Below, piece after piece: positions 1-10,508 of a stretch of 64,000 bases of DNA. Positions within the stretch are counted from its first letter, which is position 1; each line of letters begins with the position of its first letter. Under the pieces are notes generated by a model that worked only from the letters and a program-made list of their open reading frames with translations, was not told the origin of the DNA and ran no database searches. A program made the position numbers and the translations under genes. Location: NCBI GenBank assembly GCA_000165345.1, contig CM000436.1:672001-736000 (forward strand), written 5' to 3'.

Positions 1-1326
1 AATATTACATCAACTATTACAGCAAAAAGAAGAAAAGGAGTATTCAGTAAGTGTGTCGAGTTTCATGGCCAAAAAGAAAACTGTGAATCTTCACAAAACT
101 GTTTCTATGATTCAGTCTATGAAATGTGCCTATTTGACTGTACTTTACTAAATAAAAAGGATGCTTGCGAAGAATATTTAGAATGTAGATTTGATTTTGT
201 TGTTCCAAGAAAAGCGTGCGTAAACGATTGTTTCCAAAGTAGGAACTTTGCAAAGCAAGAATTAAATGGGATAATGAGAGGCTGTATGTGGTGCACGCAA
301 GAAGTTATGTGTAATACACTTTCTAGTTTGCAAAGGAAAAAGTTCCCAGATGCATCCCAAAGAGAATTCGACTGTAACTGGCAAATGCAAAATGGTTTAG
401 AAAATAATGATGAAAATGTTGAAAATTCACTCTGTGTCGATAGAAATTTGGGAAGATCAATGACTGATAAGGATTTGATTGCGGCAACATATATTTCGTC
501 CCAAACTAAATTAGTACATGAAGCAGCAGAAAGAATCAAGGTACAAATGGTTAATAGCGGTGAAACTGAAGAGAGTGCAAATTTGCATGTTCAAAACATT
601 AACTTACTTAAAATGAATATTTGTTATCCTCCAAATATTCCTTACTCCCAAGTAAAGCCTGAAAAAAAATACTATTTGAATGATGAAGTTATTGAAGTAG
701 ATTGTGATGATGGATACAAAATTACTGGAGCAAACAATCAACTACGTTGCGAAAATGGCATATTTTCACCAAAAGTATATTGTATTGCTATGAGAGAAAT
801 TGAGAGGCAAAAAAGTTCTATAAGCAAACATTTTAATAAGATCCTTAATTTGTTAATCAACTCAATTACAGGAGGTGGTGAATGGATTAATGTTGGTATT
901 GAAAAGATGAATGAATCTAAAGATCAAGAAAGAGGCGAATTTCCAGATGCTTTAATGGATGAAAGTGAAGAAAAAACTAATGATGAGAATAAAAACACAA
1001 AATCTGAAGAAGATATAGATAAAGCATCTTCCAATGATACTACTACCACTACTAGTACTACTACTTCCACCTCCACTGCTTCTATCAGTGATAAGGATGC
1101 CAAAAGTACTACAAAAGATGAATTAGGTAAAGAATCAGATAATAAAGAAGAAGAGAAAGGAATAAAAGTTAAAGATACAGATCAAGAAGAAAAGAAAAAC
1201 AACGAAACAAACAATGAGAAGGATAGTTTAGAATCATTAGAAGTTTCATCTGAATCTGGTGCAACAGGAAAGAATATTTTATTGGATAGGGTTACAGGAG
1301 CTCCAATTTTAGTGAAAAACAACTAA
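1..1326 (+). CDS. Extracellular cysteine-rich protein with one Sushi/CCP module and a Thr/Ser mucin-like, acidic tail; 5' end cut by the window edge
   Basis: The frame of ORF 124..1326 stays open back to nt 1 (NITSTITAKRRKGVFSKCVEFHGQKENCESSQNCFYDSVYE...), so the ATG at 124 is probably internal. The N-terminal part is Cys-rich with a PSI-like C-x-W-C-x5-C (GCMWCTQEVMC). nt 622-783 encode CYPPNIPYSQV...VDCDDGYKITGANNQLRCENGIFSPKVYC, a four-Cys Sushi spacing with F in place of the usual W. nt ~1027-1092 encode TTTTTSTTTSTSTAS. Confidence 0.75.
   Translation, partial: NITSTITAKRRKGVFSKCVEFHGQKENCESSQNCFYDSVYEMCLFDCTLLNKKDACEEYLECRFDFVVPRKACVNDCFQSRNFAKQELNGIMRGCMWCTQEVMCNTLSSLQRKKFPDASQREFDCNWQMQNGLENNDENVENSLCVDRNLGRSMTDKDLIAATYISSQTKLVHEAAERIKVQMVNSGETEESANLHVQNINLLKMNICYPPNIPYSQVKPEKKYYLNDEVIEVDCDDGYKITGANNQLRCENGIFSPKVYCIAMREIERQKSSISKHFNKILNLLINSITGGGEWINVGIEKMNESKDQERGEFPDALMDESEEKTNDENKNTKSEEDIDKASSNDTTTTTSTTTSTSTASISDKDAKSTTKDELGKESDNKEEEKGIKVKDTDQEEKKNNETNNEKDSLESLEVSSESGATGKNILLDRVTGAPILVKNN
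1036..1080 (+). repeat. Imperfect ACT/ACC/TCC trinucleotide tract encoding a poly-Thr/Ser (mucin-like) stretch
   Basis: Read directly: actactaccactactagtactactacttccacctccactgct. Confidence 0.8.
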
Positions 1327-1534
1327 AACTATAATAACTATTATATTTACTAGCACATTAAAATTGACATTTCTGATTAAAGGGTAATTTTCAGCTCTAA
1401 CTAAAAGAGAATAGGTACTTTTTGAACTGAGTTATTAAATAAACATTGGGATTACTAGAAGAACAATAATATATAATACATGAATAAAGAAACAAAATAT
1501 AATTAAAGCTAAGAATAAATATAGATAGGAAAAT

Positions 1535-2332
1535 TCAATTTAAAGCCTCTATTGCAAATTTTTTCTTACCAGCACGGAGTCTACTACCAATATTATCACC
1601 TTCTAGAACTAAAGCAAGCCTTCCTAGAGAATTTGGATCCGAAGATTCAACTCTTTCCCAGGCTTCAGAAAAAGCTGCAGCAAGAATAGCGACCAATGTT
1701 ACTGGTAGTGGATTATGTGGAACTTCTTGCTTTCCAGGTACATTTCTAATTACAAGAAGTAATTCTCCGCGTATTACTTCAAGTAAAGCCCTCCTTGCTG
1801 CTCTTCTAAGATCAACCAGAGAGAGACTTTCAGGTCTTCTTGTAGAGAATTCATCGGGAAGATCATCCAGAAATCCAATCCACATATCTTCTTCTCTTCT
1901 CCAAGTATCAGCAAGTAACACTTCAGTATTTGATTGTGAAAATTCTAAAAGAACCTGAAGCGATGAAATAGGAGTTCCTGACTGGACAGAGAACAACCAT
2001 GGAGCTGTAACACTTTCTTCTCCTGAAAGTAAAAGGCTGAGCTCATTTTTTAATTCTGGAATATTTTTTTCAAATTCATCCTCTTCTGGAAGTTTATATC
2101 CTAAATCTGTTACAATCTTAATTAAACTTTCTAAAGTCCGTTCAATCCTTGAAACTCTGTATTCAAGCCTTAATCTTTCCTTATCTGAAGATTGCAAATG
2201 GTCATTTAATTCTTTAACTATTGAAAGCAGAGGATCAAATTTTGTGACAATAAAACCTTGAATCTCAGGAGAAAAGGACATGGGAGGGAGTCCCGATCCA
2301 CTTAGTTTTGTCGACGATGAATTACCATCCAT
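1535..2332 (-). CDS. Hypothetical protein (265 aa), family not recognised
   Basis: The ORF 1535..2359 starts at TTG. The first in-frame ATG is at 2332 (MDGNSSSTKLSG...). It is a long ORF rich in R, L, G and P (more than its neighbours) with no repeats. GGCGCC motifs lie in its upstream spacer. Confidence 0.6.
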   Translation of the reverse strand: MDGNSSSTKLSGSGLPPMSFSPEIQGFIVTKFDPLLSIVKELNDHLQSSDKERLRLEYRVSRIERTLESLIKIVTDLGYKLPEEDEFEKNIPELKNELSLLLSGEESVTAPWLFSVQSGTPISSLQVLLEFSQSNTEVLLADTWRREEDMWIGFLDDLPDEFSTRRPESLSLVDLRRAARRALLEVIRGELLLVIRNVPGKQEVPHNPLPVTLVAILAAAFSEAWERVESSDPNSLGRLALVLEGDNIGSRLRAGKKKFAIEALN

Positions 2333-2628
2333 ACTTTTAAATTTGTTGAGATAAGTCAAAGTATTATGATTATTGTTCTAATATTTTTTTTTTATTTTAG
2401 ATCCACTTAATATAAACTAACTGGAATTATTTTATGTTGGGACAAGTTGATAACCTTTTAGATTATAAATAGTATATGCAGCCGGGAATGGCTCGCCCTA
2501 AATAATTAATCTTTTATTTGTTAAATTAGCTTTTCTTGTATTTATACTATATTAGTCTTTAATTTTTTCCTATTATTTAAATTCTAATGGTCCAAGATCA
2601 TCAAAAATGCATGAGAGCGCGTATTATA

Positions 2629-2662
2629 GGCGCCGTAGCCGTTTATGAGTAGATGGCGCCAA
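2629..2662. promoter_or_regulatory. Pair of GGCGCC (E2F-like) motifs 26 nt apart in a divergent promoter
   Basis: Read directly: taGGCGCCgtagccgtttatgagtagaTGGCGCCAAcgg (cores at 2629-2634 and 2655-2660), with TGCATG at 2608-2613. The pair lies between the ATG at 2332 (minus) and the ATG at 2741 (plus). Confidence 0.45.
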
Positions 2663-2740
2663 CGGTACTAGCTGAAAGAGTAAGTATATATTTTAAAATG
2701 AAAGGAAAGGAAAAGGGTTCGTAAGAATGAATGATTGGAG

Positions 2741-5700
2741 ATGATCGATCCATTGGGAATCGGGAAAATAATCAATGATAAGTTTGCTCAAATTGGGGAA
2801 AATGTGTTAGGAACAGTTATTGATCAAATTGTGGACAATTCAAGTGCTCACTTAAGCAGTTTGAATGATTTCCAGTCGGTAAGTTTGTGTGCGATTCATC
2901 GAAATAGCAAAATTTATTATTTTATACTTAGTCCTCAATTATGAAGCTTGTACGTAAAGTTGCAGGGTCAAAGTTTTTAAACAAACAGCCAATAGTTGAA
3001 GTTGAGCCAAATATTTATGCAGTAAGGGACGAACAATCGGGTATATATAAATCTGTTCGTGACTCTAGGAGTTTGGGAGTTCTGACAGTCTCTATTGAGA
3101 GAGCAATTATCTCACCTATGGGATTTGATCGTAATATTCGGAATTTTATTACTAAAGAAAATGCAGAATGGGTTTTTGAATTGGCTTTGCAAGGCCAAAT
3201 GCTTGTAAGCCAACCTGTAAGCACTAAAGACTTTATATTGGAGATTCCAGTTAATAGTCCTATGCTTTTGTCCCCAACTAAGAGCTATGGGAATACTTCT
3301 TTAGCTTTTCTGGATGAGAAGCATGAATCAAGGCCAAGTTTTGGAGTTGAAAGTAGGAACTCAAGCGCAGAGAGAGAAAAGGAAAAGGTTTCTGGAGTAG
3401 GTGCCAGAGAGGTTTTCTTTAATTTCAAAGAATCTTTCCAAGTCACTGATATCTCTTCTGATATGAATTTGGATCTGATTTGTAGAGTTCCAATACAATG
3501 TAAACTTACAATAAATCAAAAATTTAACGAAGAAATTGTGGATGAAGATTGCTACTACTCTAAAAACTCTGGATCTATTTTTGTGAATGAATGTGATGAG
3601 GATTCTTCTCTTGTATCAGAAAACATTACTTCTACTAGCTCAGCCAATGCAGATTCTATTTCAAATTTGGGTTCCAACCCTCCAACAAATTTAAACCATT
3701 CTGTTAGTTTACGAATTAACCAAGAACAGAACAATTCATCTGGGACATCTTTTAAGCAGTATAAGATTATTAGAATTGAAAGAAATAAGCCAAACTGTAA
3801 AGAAATATTTGATAAACCGGATGGCGACAATCGCCCTTCTTCTCAGGAAATCCCCTCTCAAGATCAAGAATGGGAAGTCTTATATGAATGTATCCATTTC
3901 GGAAAGGTTACTATTCCAATTTCCTCTGTTTTTCAAGACAAACTTGCCGAACTACCCGTCTTGGACTATTCATTCTACAAAAATTCAACGTTTTATAAGG
4001 CAAATGAGAATCTAGTTTCTGTGTTTTGGAAATCAAGAAACACCAATTGTACTCAAGGCCATGAGAGTAATCTTTTGAAAAGCAATACTGTGGAAGAATG
4101 GACTTTGATTCATGGCAAAAAGGCGGACTCCTGTGATTCAATTGTTGTTAATAGGCCAAATGATTCAAACTTAAAAGATAGCCGAGCATTTCTAAAAGAT
4201 ATAGATCATGAAAGAGAGCCAAAATTAAGGTCCAGATTCAAAAGTGAGAGTAGAATGCATGATGGTTTAATCTCTTCTGGGAATGAAAAAAATGAAAGCA
4301 ATTTTTGTGAATATCAAAATAGAGTTTATAGTGATGAAAGCTCTCAATTTGAGGTCGGATCGAATTTCAAGCATTTAAATTGGTACCATTTATACCCAAG
4401 AACTAGTGAAATGGTTAAATATGTCAGGCCAGTGCCAGGAATCACAGAATACGGGCTTTCAAATCCAATAAAAACTTTAGGATTTATTCAGATCGGACTA
4501 AATTTTGAGACAGAGTGCTGTTCTAAGATTAGCCTTTTAACTAGCTCCTATTTGAGTATGGTAACTGAGAAGCCTATCACAAGGTGGATCCTTCCTTCAG
4601 GGTTTGAGCCACAGTATTTTCAGATGTATGCTGAAAGTTTAAAAATGTTACTAGAGCATTATCCGAGATGGATACCCAAATTCTTCTTCTTACTGAACTT
4701 CAGAATTCCGAGATCTAGGTTTGATAGGGTAATGATTTCCTTATTTTGGGCAATAATTACGTTTGGAGCTTTCAAGGCTAACAGTTTTTTCTTTTTTTCA
4801 TGGATTTTTATGGTTATCCTCCCATTATTAATCTCTTTAACATATAGATTTGGGTCGCAGATTGCTTCTAGAATCCATCAAGACTTCCTTACCAGAATTA
4901 ATATTGAAGAACAAAAGAGAAAGAGTATAACAAGTGCTCTCTCGCAAAAAGGTAATGCTAATATTAAACAGAAAAGTAATATTAGTCAAAATAATAAGAC
5001 GATGAATCTGATAAACTCTACATCTGGAAATATCTGGAAGATGTTCCAGCCTATACTAAATATTAAATATCACTCATCATTAATGATAGGCGATGGAGAC
5101 TTTATTGAGGAGAATATAGATGTAAAACCATTAAATAATGGCACAGGAAAAGAAAAGAAGGATTCTTCCTTTACCAAAATTGTGGATGAAATCTGTGAAA
5201 AGGACTTTTCTAATCTCATTCCCAAAGAAGTATACTTTGGTGATAAAGTAACAAGCAGAGAATACTGTACACAATACGATCTATCCAATGGGGACGGATA
5301 TATATGTTTGGCTAGAACATTAAATAACTCATTGTTAGGGAATAAGGAGAAAGGTAGAGAGGAAGAACTGAGAAGATTGAATTTATCGAACAATGATGCA
5401 TCAAATTTATCTCCACAGTTTGAAAAGCAAAAGTGGGAAAGAGCCCAAGAACATAAAGAAGATTTGAAAACAGAAAAATCAATGGAAGACAAAAATGATG
5501 AGGCAAGGTTTCGACAAAACCTACAAGGAAGTGGAGGAATTGTAGAGACCCCATTTGGAGAGCTAAGATTGGGTCTCAAAATTCCTTATGATAATAAGGT
5601 TGTATCTATTTTCTTTGATGATCAAGATTTGGAGCCTATTCAAACTCAGCTTTCTAACCTATTGGCAATAGTAGAACTTGTTCAGCAATCATTTGCAAGC

Positions 5701-6894
5701 TTTTCTACGCTTCTGATGAAGCTTAAGAACTCCCTTAATTTCGAGGATCCTCTACTTCCTTTTTTAACTTTGTCAATTCTTGTTATTCTTACTATTATAC
5801 TGAATCTGGGTCTCTATTTATTTAATCTTATCATGGGGAACCAGAAAATGGCATTCTTATTAAGAGGATTTCTTCTTATTAAGTTTATTCGTTGGGTTAT
5901 AATGAAGGATCCATTCAATAACGTTCAACTGGAGATATTCAATAAGAAACAAAGAATCGATCCAGACATTTTTGGTCAAAATCGTATTATTAAACCTCTT
6001 TTTAACAGATACTTCAAGCTAATAAGTTCTGAAGACCAAAACATGCTAATTCTTTTAAGCAGTTTGGAAATATACGACTACTACCCAGATAGATTTGTAC
6101 ATAGACAAGGAAATCTATGTAAGCCTGATGACTTAACAGAAAGAAACAAAGAGAAAAGACGAGGAGTTACTGAACCCATCCGAATTTTATCCATTAATAT
6201 GGAAGAGTATTTATTTTTCTACGTAGTAAAGTTTACATGTATCTATGTGCTCTTACTGGGTTCCTTCATTAATACTCTACAGTACATTTTTACTAGTAAA
6301 TTTTCGGCCACCTTTGCGAGGATATTACTTCTTTGGTGGTATTCTATTCCAGATATTAGAGAAATTCAGCATCGTTGCATCGCATCTACCCAGCTGATAG
6401 GAAATCTTGATGATTTACTCAACGATAATGAAGAAAATCCAATACACTTTAAAGTCATAAACGGAAATAGTTACGGTATTGGAGAGAACAAAAAGGCCGA
6501 AGAAAGCAGACCTGAGGCTTCTGGAACCAAAGCAGATCTCTTTTTGAAACAATTCTATTTTGGAAAGAATTCTAATTATATCAAAAAGAGCACTATCACT
6601 ACAAGTTCGATGAGCCAAGGAGAACAACTGGATCAAGAATCTAGTGCACTGAGTAGATCATTGGGAAGCTTACCTAGTAAAAGCAAATATTCTGAAACAG
6701 GTACACCATCAGCAACCTCTAGCAAAAAAAGCCTAATTGAATATATACTCCCAATTAACAAAGAGCAAAATTCAAATGTGAGGCAGGAATCTGATTCAAA
6801 GAGTGAGAAGAACAACACGCAATCTAGCTATGAGGTACTTGAGAGCTTGTTAGAAGGAATCTACCCAATTAATAAGTCTAAAAAACAAGATTAA
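2741..6894 (+). CDS. Large multi-pass membrane protein (~1360 aa), two exons; function unassigned
   Basis: ORF 2735..2944 (first ATG at 2741) ends its coding sense at a GTAAGT donor and joins ORF 2941..6894 in frame through a 53-nt intron (...NDFQS|SSIMKLVRK...). Hydrophobic segments include AIITFGAFKANSFFFFSWIFMVILPLLISL, LTLSILVILTIILNLGLYLFNLI and FFYVVKFTCIYVLLLGSFINTL. The stretch LSNLLAIVELVQQSFASFSTLLMKLKNSLNFEDPLLPF followed by a hairpin loosely resembles reticulon-homology or PRT_C-type hairpin regions (weak recollection). Confidence 0.7.
2879..2931 (+). other. Intron (53 nt, phase 0)
   Basis: Donor cag tcg|gtaagt at 2879 and acceptor ttatacttag| ending at 2931. Exon 1 (2741-2878) is a whole number of codons, and exon 2 starts at 2932 in the frame of ORF 2941. 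Confidence 0.6.
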
Positions 6895-7162
6895 AAGGAT
6901 TAAATATTAATAAAGATGTTTAAAATTTCTTACTATATAAATTACGCATAACTGCTAAGTTCCAATAGATTAATTATTTGGAATTAAACTAAATATTTAA
7001 TTTTAACAATCGTTTGAATTGTAAAATTTCCTTTCAGTGAACATTTCTGTATAGAAGTAATAATGAGCTCGACCAATTCATAATCAGTGCAAATGAAGGA
7101 AATATTGTTATGAATTTAACTAAAGAAACGGATATTCAGTTAAATAAAATTTGTCTATACTG

Positions 7163-7423
7163 CTAATCATTACAAATTTTTTGATTATATGCCAAATTAG
7201 AAGAGAAAATTGACTTTGAAATCCACCTCCAGTAAATAAAGTAACAAAATACAATTATTAGAGCCATAAAAAGACCTGAAAAATACCATTTCTGCTTTTC
7301 TTCTTCATATGCTAAAAGGAAAAGCAAAGATATATAGATTACACAAGTTATTATGTAAGCCACTGCCACCCAAAATTTACTATATACTGGAATAGTTCCT
7401 TTAAGTTTGAATTGTGAACTCAT
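7163..7423 (-). CDS. Possible small two-TM membrane protein (86 aa)
   Basis: The ORF track starts at TTG (7441). The first ATG at 7423 gives MSSQFKLKGTIPVYSKFWVAVAYIITCVIYISLLFLLAYEEEKQKWYFSGLFMALIIVFCYFIYW... with two clear hydrophobic helices. No recognisable family, and a short ORF could be chance in AT-rich DNA. Confidence 0.35.
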   Translation of the reverse strand: MSSQFKLKGTIPVYSKFWVAVAYIITCVIYISLLFLLAYEEEKQKWYFSGLFMALIIVFCYFIYWRWISKSIFSSNLAYNQKICND

Positions 7424-7566
7424 AACGTTATAATTCTTCAAATTTTACGCAAAGAAAGGTTATTTGGGGCCCTTAATAGTGGAATAGTATGCTTGTAACT
7501 ATTTTCGTGTAACAAACTTCGGTAATGTAATAAATGGAGTAACCAAATTTAGTTTAGAAACCATTC

Positions 7567-7717
7567 AACTCTGATGATGGAATAATCTTTTAGACGTTAC
7601 AGGCTCCTTAACTATAAATTTGTATTAAAAAAAATGAAATAATGTCGAAGTATGATAGATGATTATCTCTAGCCTTGAATTGTTAATTTTTGTTAAAATT
7701 GATTACCTGCTGAAGTT
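7567..7717 (+). ncRNA. Weak box C/D snoRNA-like candidate
   Basis: TGATGA (C-box-like) lies at 7572-7577, one nt after AACT (7567-7570). CTGA (D-box-like) lies at 7710-7713, immediately followed by AGTT (7714-7717), which can pair with AACT. The element sits in a 1.1-kb gene-free interval. Against it: the C box is preceded by C rather than a purine, the length (~150 nt) is high, and no guide or target was identified. Confidence 0.12.
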
Positions 7718-8211
7718 AAATATTTTATTTAAAGTTACTATTCTTTCTGAAAATTTTCTATCCAATAAACTATTTCGCTTACACTCGTTTCAAATAAGCC
7801 AGCGATTTAGATTAAAAAATATATATTCATTAGATATAATTACTTAAGTTTTACAGTAAGTACTCTTAATCTTGTAAGCTTTAATCTCAAATGTAGTTCT
7901 CTTCAAATTTCTATATTAAAGAATAAATTTGCATTTAAATATAGAATAAAAATATATTTATATTTGTTAAAGAAATGTGTGTTCATATATGCAATATTCT
8001 TTTGAAAAAATTGTGCATTTACAACTGGATAAGCTATTTCGATTTAGAAAAGGAAATGCAATTCAATTAATTCAAACGAAAATATGGATCTAAAATTGCA
8101 ACTTATCAGATATAAACTTTACACAGTTGTAACATATACCACCACAATATACTAGTTGCTTTCACTAACAAATTACCAACCACCTTTTCTTTGAAAATAT
8201 TTTATACTTAA

Positions 8212-8220
8212 TTGGCGGGA
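8212..8220 (+). promoter_or_regulatory. E2F-like TTGGCGGGA element upstream of the HRD1-like gene
   Basis: Read directly: aaTTGGCGGGAtgaacTGGCGGtac, about 310 nt upstream of the ATG at 8529. It resembles the canonical E2F core TTTSSCGC and its variants. No functional evidence. Confidence 0.3.
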
Positions 8221-8528
8221 TGAACTGGCGGTACTTTTAATGAATATTTGGATAAAAAGAGTTGAGAGTATTTAGGTTAAAATAAGGCAGTAAGAACAAG
8301 GCTTATCTGATTTTTTTAAAAAAATATTGATATACTAATAAGATTAGACTACGCTTTGGCTGAATTACAGATTAGCCAAAACTCATCAGTTGTGTAATCG
8401 TATTAATTTAAAATAAAGCTGGATCATGAAAAGGCATTGTTAAGGTCTGTATGAAGTTCTTGCTATAAAGATACTATATTTTTAGGAAAGAACACGAATA
8501 GAACATTGAGAGTACGAAAAGAGTGAAA

Positions 8529-10415
8529 ATGTCTCCTATTACATTGAAGCAATATGTTTTGCTTAGTTTCGGGCTACTTTTGGGGCTTTTTGTACATTTA
8601 TTAAGTGTATACGATTTTTACTTTTACCACATAATCATGCACATAACTATAACCAAAGCGTCCACCATGATAATTACAAATGCAGGTTTATTGACTTTAT
8701 ACTTTTTGGGTAAGGTTATTTTGAATATGTTTGTGGGAAGATTAAGAGATATTGAACTGGAAGAAATCATTGATCAAGGGCGAATGTTTTTATTAGATAC
8801 AATCTTTTTTTTGTTATTTAGTAGCCCAACAATAGATAATATAGAAGTTGGAGCAATGGTCCTTTCAAGATACATTACTCTTATTTTGGTTTTAAAGCTT
8901 TTACATTTAATTTCCCATATTCGAATTAACCACATGTTTGAATTAGACAGACCAAAAACTACTGCAATTGTTAGAATGGCAGCTTTGCTTAATATTCTCC
9001 TGATTATTGACATAAGTTTAGTTTTCAAGTATTATGGCCTATTGTCAAAAGATTCTACTCTGAGGTTGTGGGTATTTTTCGAGAGTGTTTCTTTGCTTGT
9101 TTCATGTAGCACTTCTATTGGTAAATACCTCGTTCATGTTGTAGATTTGAAGCTCCAAGCCATTCAATTATTAATGAGACAAGAGGAGGATGGAACCCCT
9201 GAACAAGGAAATACTCATTCTTCGGGAATGCAAGCTCATAACTTTGTATGGTCGAATAAGAATGCTATATTATTTTATTTGGAGGTGTTTGGCGATATAT
9301 GCTCTTTAATTACTTACCTTCTCTTCATTATTCTCTTCCTTGTGCTAAATCCTTCCAGAATTCCATTATATATTATGGGAGATATCTTCCACGTCTTAAA
9401 AGCTTTGTACAGCAAGCTATCATCATTCAGGAGATATAGAAAGCTCACAAAAAATATTGAAACCAGACTTCAGGAAGCTACACTTGAAGAGATTGAGAGA
9501 ATTGATACTTGTATTGTTTGTAGGGACACTTTGTATATTGGCTCAAAAAAGATTCCTTGCGGTCATGTATTCCATCTGGATTGTCTAAAATCTTGGTTTA
9601 TTCAACAGCAAACTTGTCCAATATGTAGGGCTCCCATAACTATCAGAGATGAAGAGCCTGAACATTCAGCAACTACTGCAGAAGAAGATAACAACTCTCC
9701 ACAAATACCAGAGGACCAGGATGAAACTAATGATATTAAAGATCCCACTTCTTCAGACCAAGCGAAACCCAACATCAATTCAGAGCCTACTAGTGCACCA
9801 TCATCTTCAGCGTTTAATTCAAATGAATCCGGGAGCTCAACTGATGTTAGCTCTGACAGTTTTAAGAAAATCTTCAAGAACTGGATAGTAAGTGAGCATA
9901 AAGCTAAACCTGTTGAAGAAACAACATCAACAAGAATGGCGAAGGACTTGAAAGAAACCAAATTTCAGATATCGAAACACCCTTTGTTTAAAAGCAAGCG
10001 TGATGACTTATATAGAAAGGTTTCAAAAGCTGCAAATAGAGGGGATCATATAAATAGCCTTCCTCCTCAGTTACTTTCACTACAACCTCAAATTTTACTA
10101 GAATTAAATAAAAATTTGGAACAGAGAACATTTGGAAGTGAATATGGAAGTCAAGAGTTTTCTGAAATGATGAGCAAAATGTATAAGAAAAATGCAGATA
10201 TTTGGTTGAATATGGTTAGCGAGCTCATCAAAGCTAAAGAACAAAATTGTATCCAACATTCGGTACCAATTGAACGAAAAAGCAGTATTCACATACAAGG
10301 AGAAAGTTTATCTAATATGTATGAAAGTAGTTCTAGGGCAGACCCCTTGAGAAATCTAATGGATGCTGTCAATAATCAGCTTAACGAAACAAAAAATATT
10401 AATAAGGCTGCTTGA
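8529..10415 (+). CDS. HRD1: ERAD E3 ubiquitin ligase, HRD1/synoviolin-like (multi-TM N-terminus plus RING-H2)
   Basis: The N-terminal half has about 6 hydrophobic helices. The RING-H2 at nt 9510-9626 reads CIVCRDTLYIGSKKIPCGHVFHLDCLKSWFIQQQTCPICRAPI, with the spacing and the W/QQ-TCP motif typical of HRD1. The C-terminus is low-complexity. The track start at 8523 is GTG, and the ATG is at 8529. Confidence 0.85.
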   Translation: MSPITLKQYVLLSFGLLLGLFVHLLSVYDFYFYHIIMHITITKASTMIITNAGLLTLYFLGKVILNMFVGRLRDIELEEIIDQGRMFLLDTIFFLLFSSPTIDNIEVGAMVLSRYITLILVLKLLHLISHIRINHMFELDRPKTTAIVRMAALLNILLIIDISLVFKYYGLLSKDSTLRLWVFFESVSLLVSCSTSIGKYLVHVVDLKLQAIQLLMRQEEDGTPEQGNTHSSGMQAHNFVWSNKNAILFYLEVFGDICSLITYLLFIILFLVLNPSRIPLYIMGDIFHVLKALYSKLSSFRRYRKLTKNIETRLQEATLEEIERIDTCIVCRDTLYIGSKKIPCGHVFHLDCLKSWFIQQQTCPICRAPITIRDEEPEHSATTAEEDNNSPQIPEDQDETNDIKDPTSSDQAKPNINSEPTSAPSSSAFNSNESGSSTDVSSDSFKKIFKNWIVSEHKAKPVEETTSTRMAKDLKETKFQISKHPLFKSKRDDLYRKVSKAANRGDHINSLPPQLLSLQPQILLELNKNLEQRTFGSEYGSQEFSEMMSKMYKKNADIWLNMVSELIKAKEQNCIQHSVPIERKSSIHIQGESLSNMYESSSRADPLRNLMDAVNNQLNETKNINKAA

Positions 10416-10508
10416 TTAATTGTAGATGAAAGTTGTGATTAGAATATTGAGATAGAGAGATATAGGTAGTTTATATTATAATATCTGAATAAAGAAGTGT
10501 ATTCATAT

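Noticed and set aside
117-539. Long antisense ORFs nested inside confidently called genes: 117..539, 5070..5579, 9602..9961, 31260..31829 (189 aa), 36749..37171, 54784..55317 (177 aa) and 57503..57895.
   Set aside because: Each lies opposite a gene with strong family signatures or a much longer ORF. Their translations are low-complexity (S/L/F/I-rich) with no motifs. Stop-poor antisense frames are expected opposite AT-rich, purine-skewed coding sequence.
2478-2502. A GC-rich island, gcagccgggaatggctcgccctaaa, in the 1535/2741 divergent spacer, considered as a possible structured RNA or motif.
   Set aside because: It occurs once, has no obvious stem-loop or repeat partner, and cannot be distinguished from a generic promoter element by eye.
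7659-7847. A 62-aa ORF in the large spacer upstream of HRD1.
   Set aside because: The translation is I/L/F/K-rich noise, with no family resemblance and no supporting signals.
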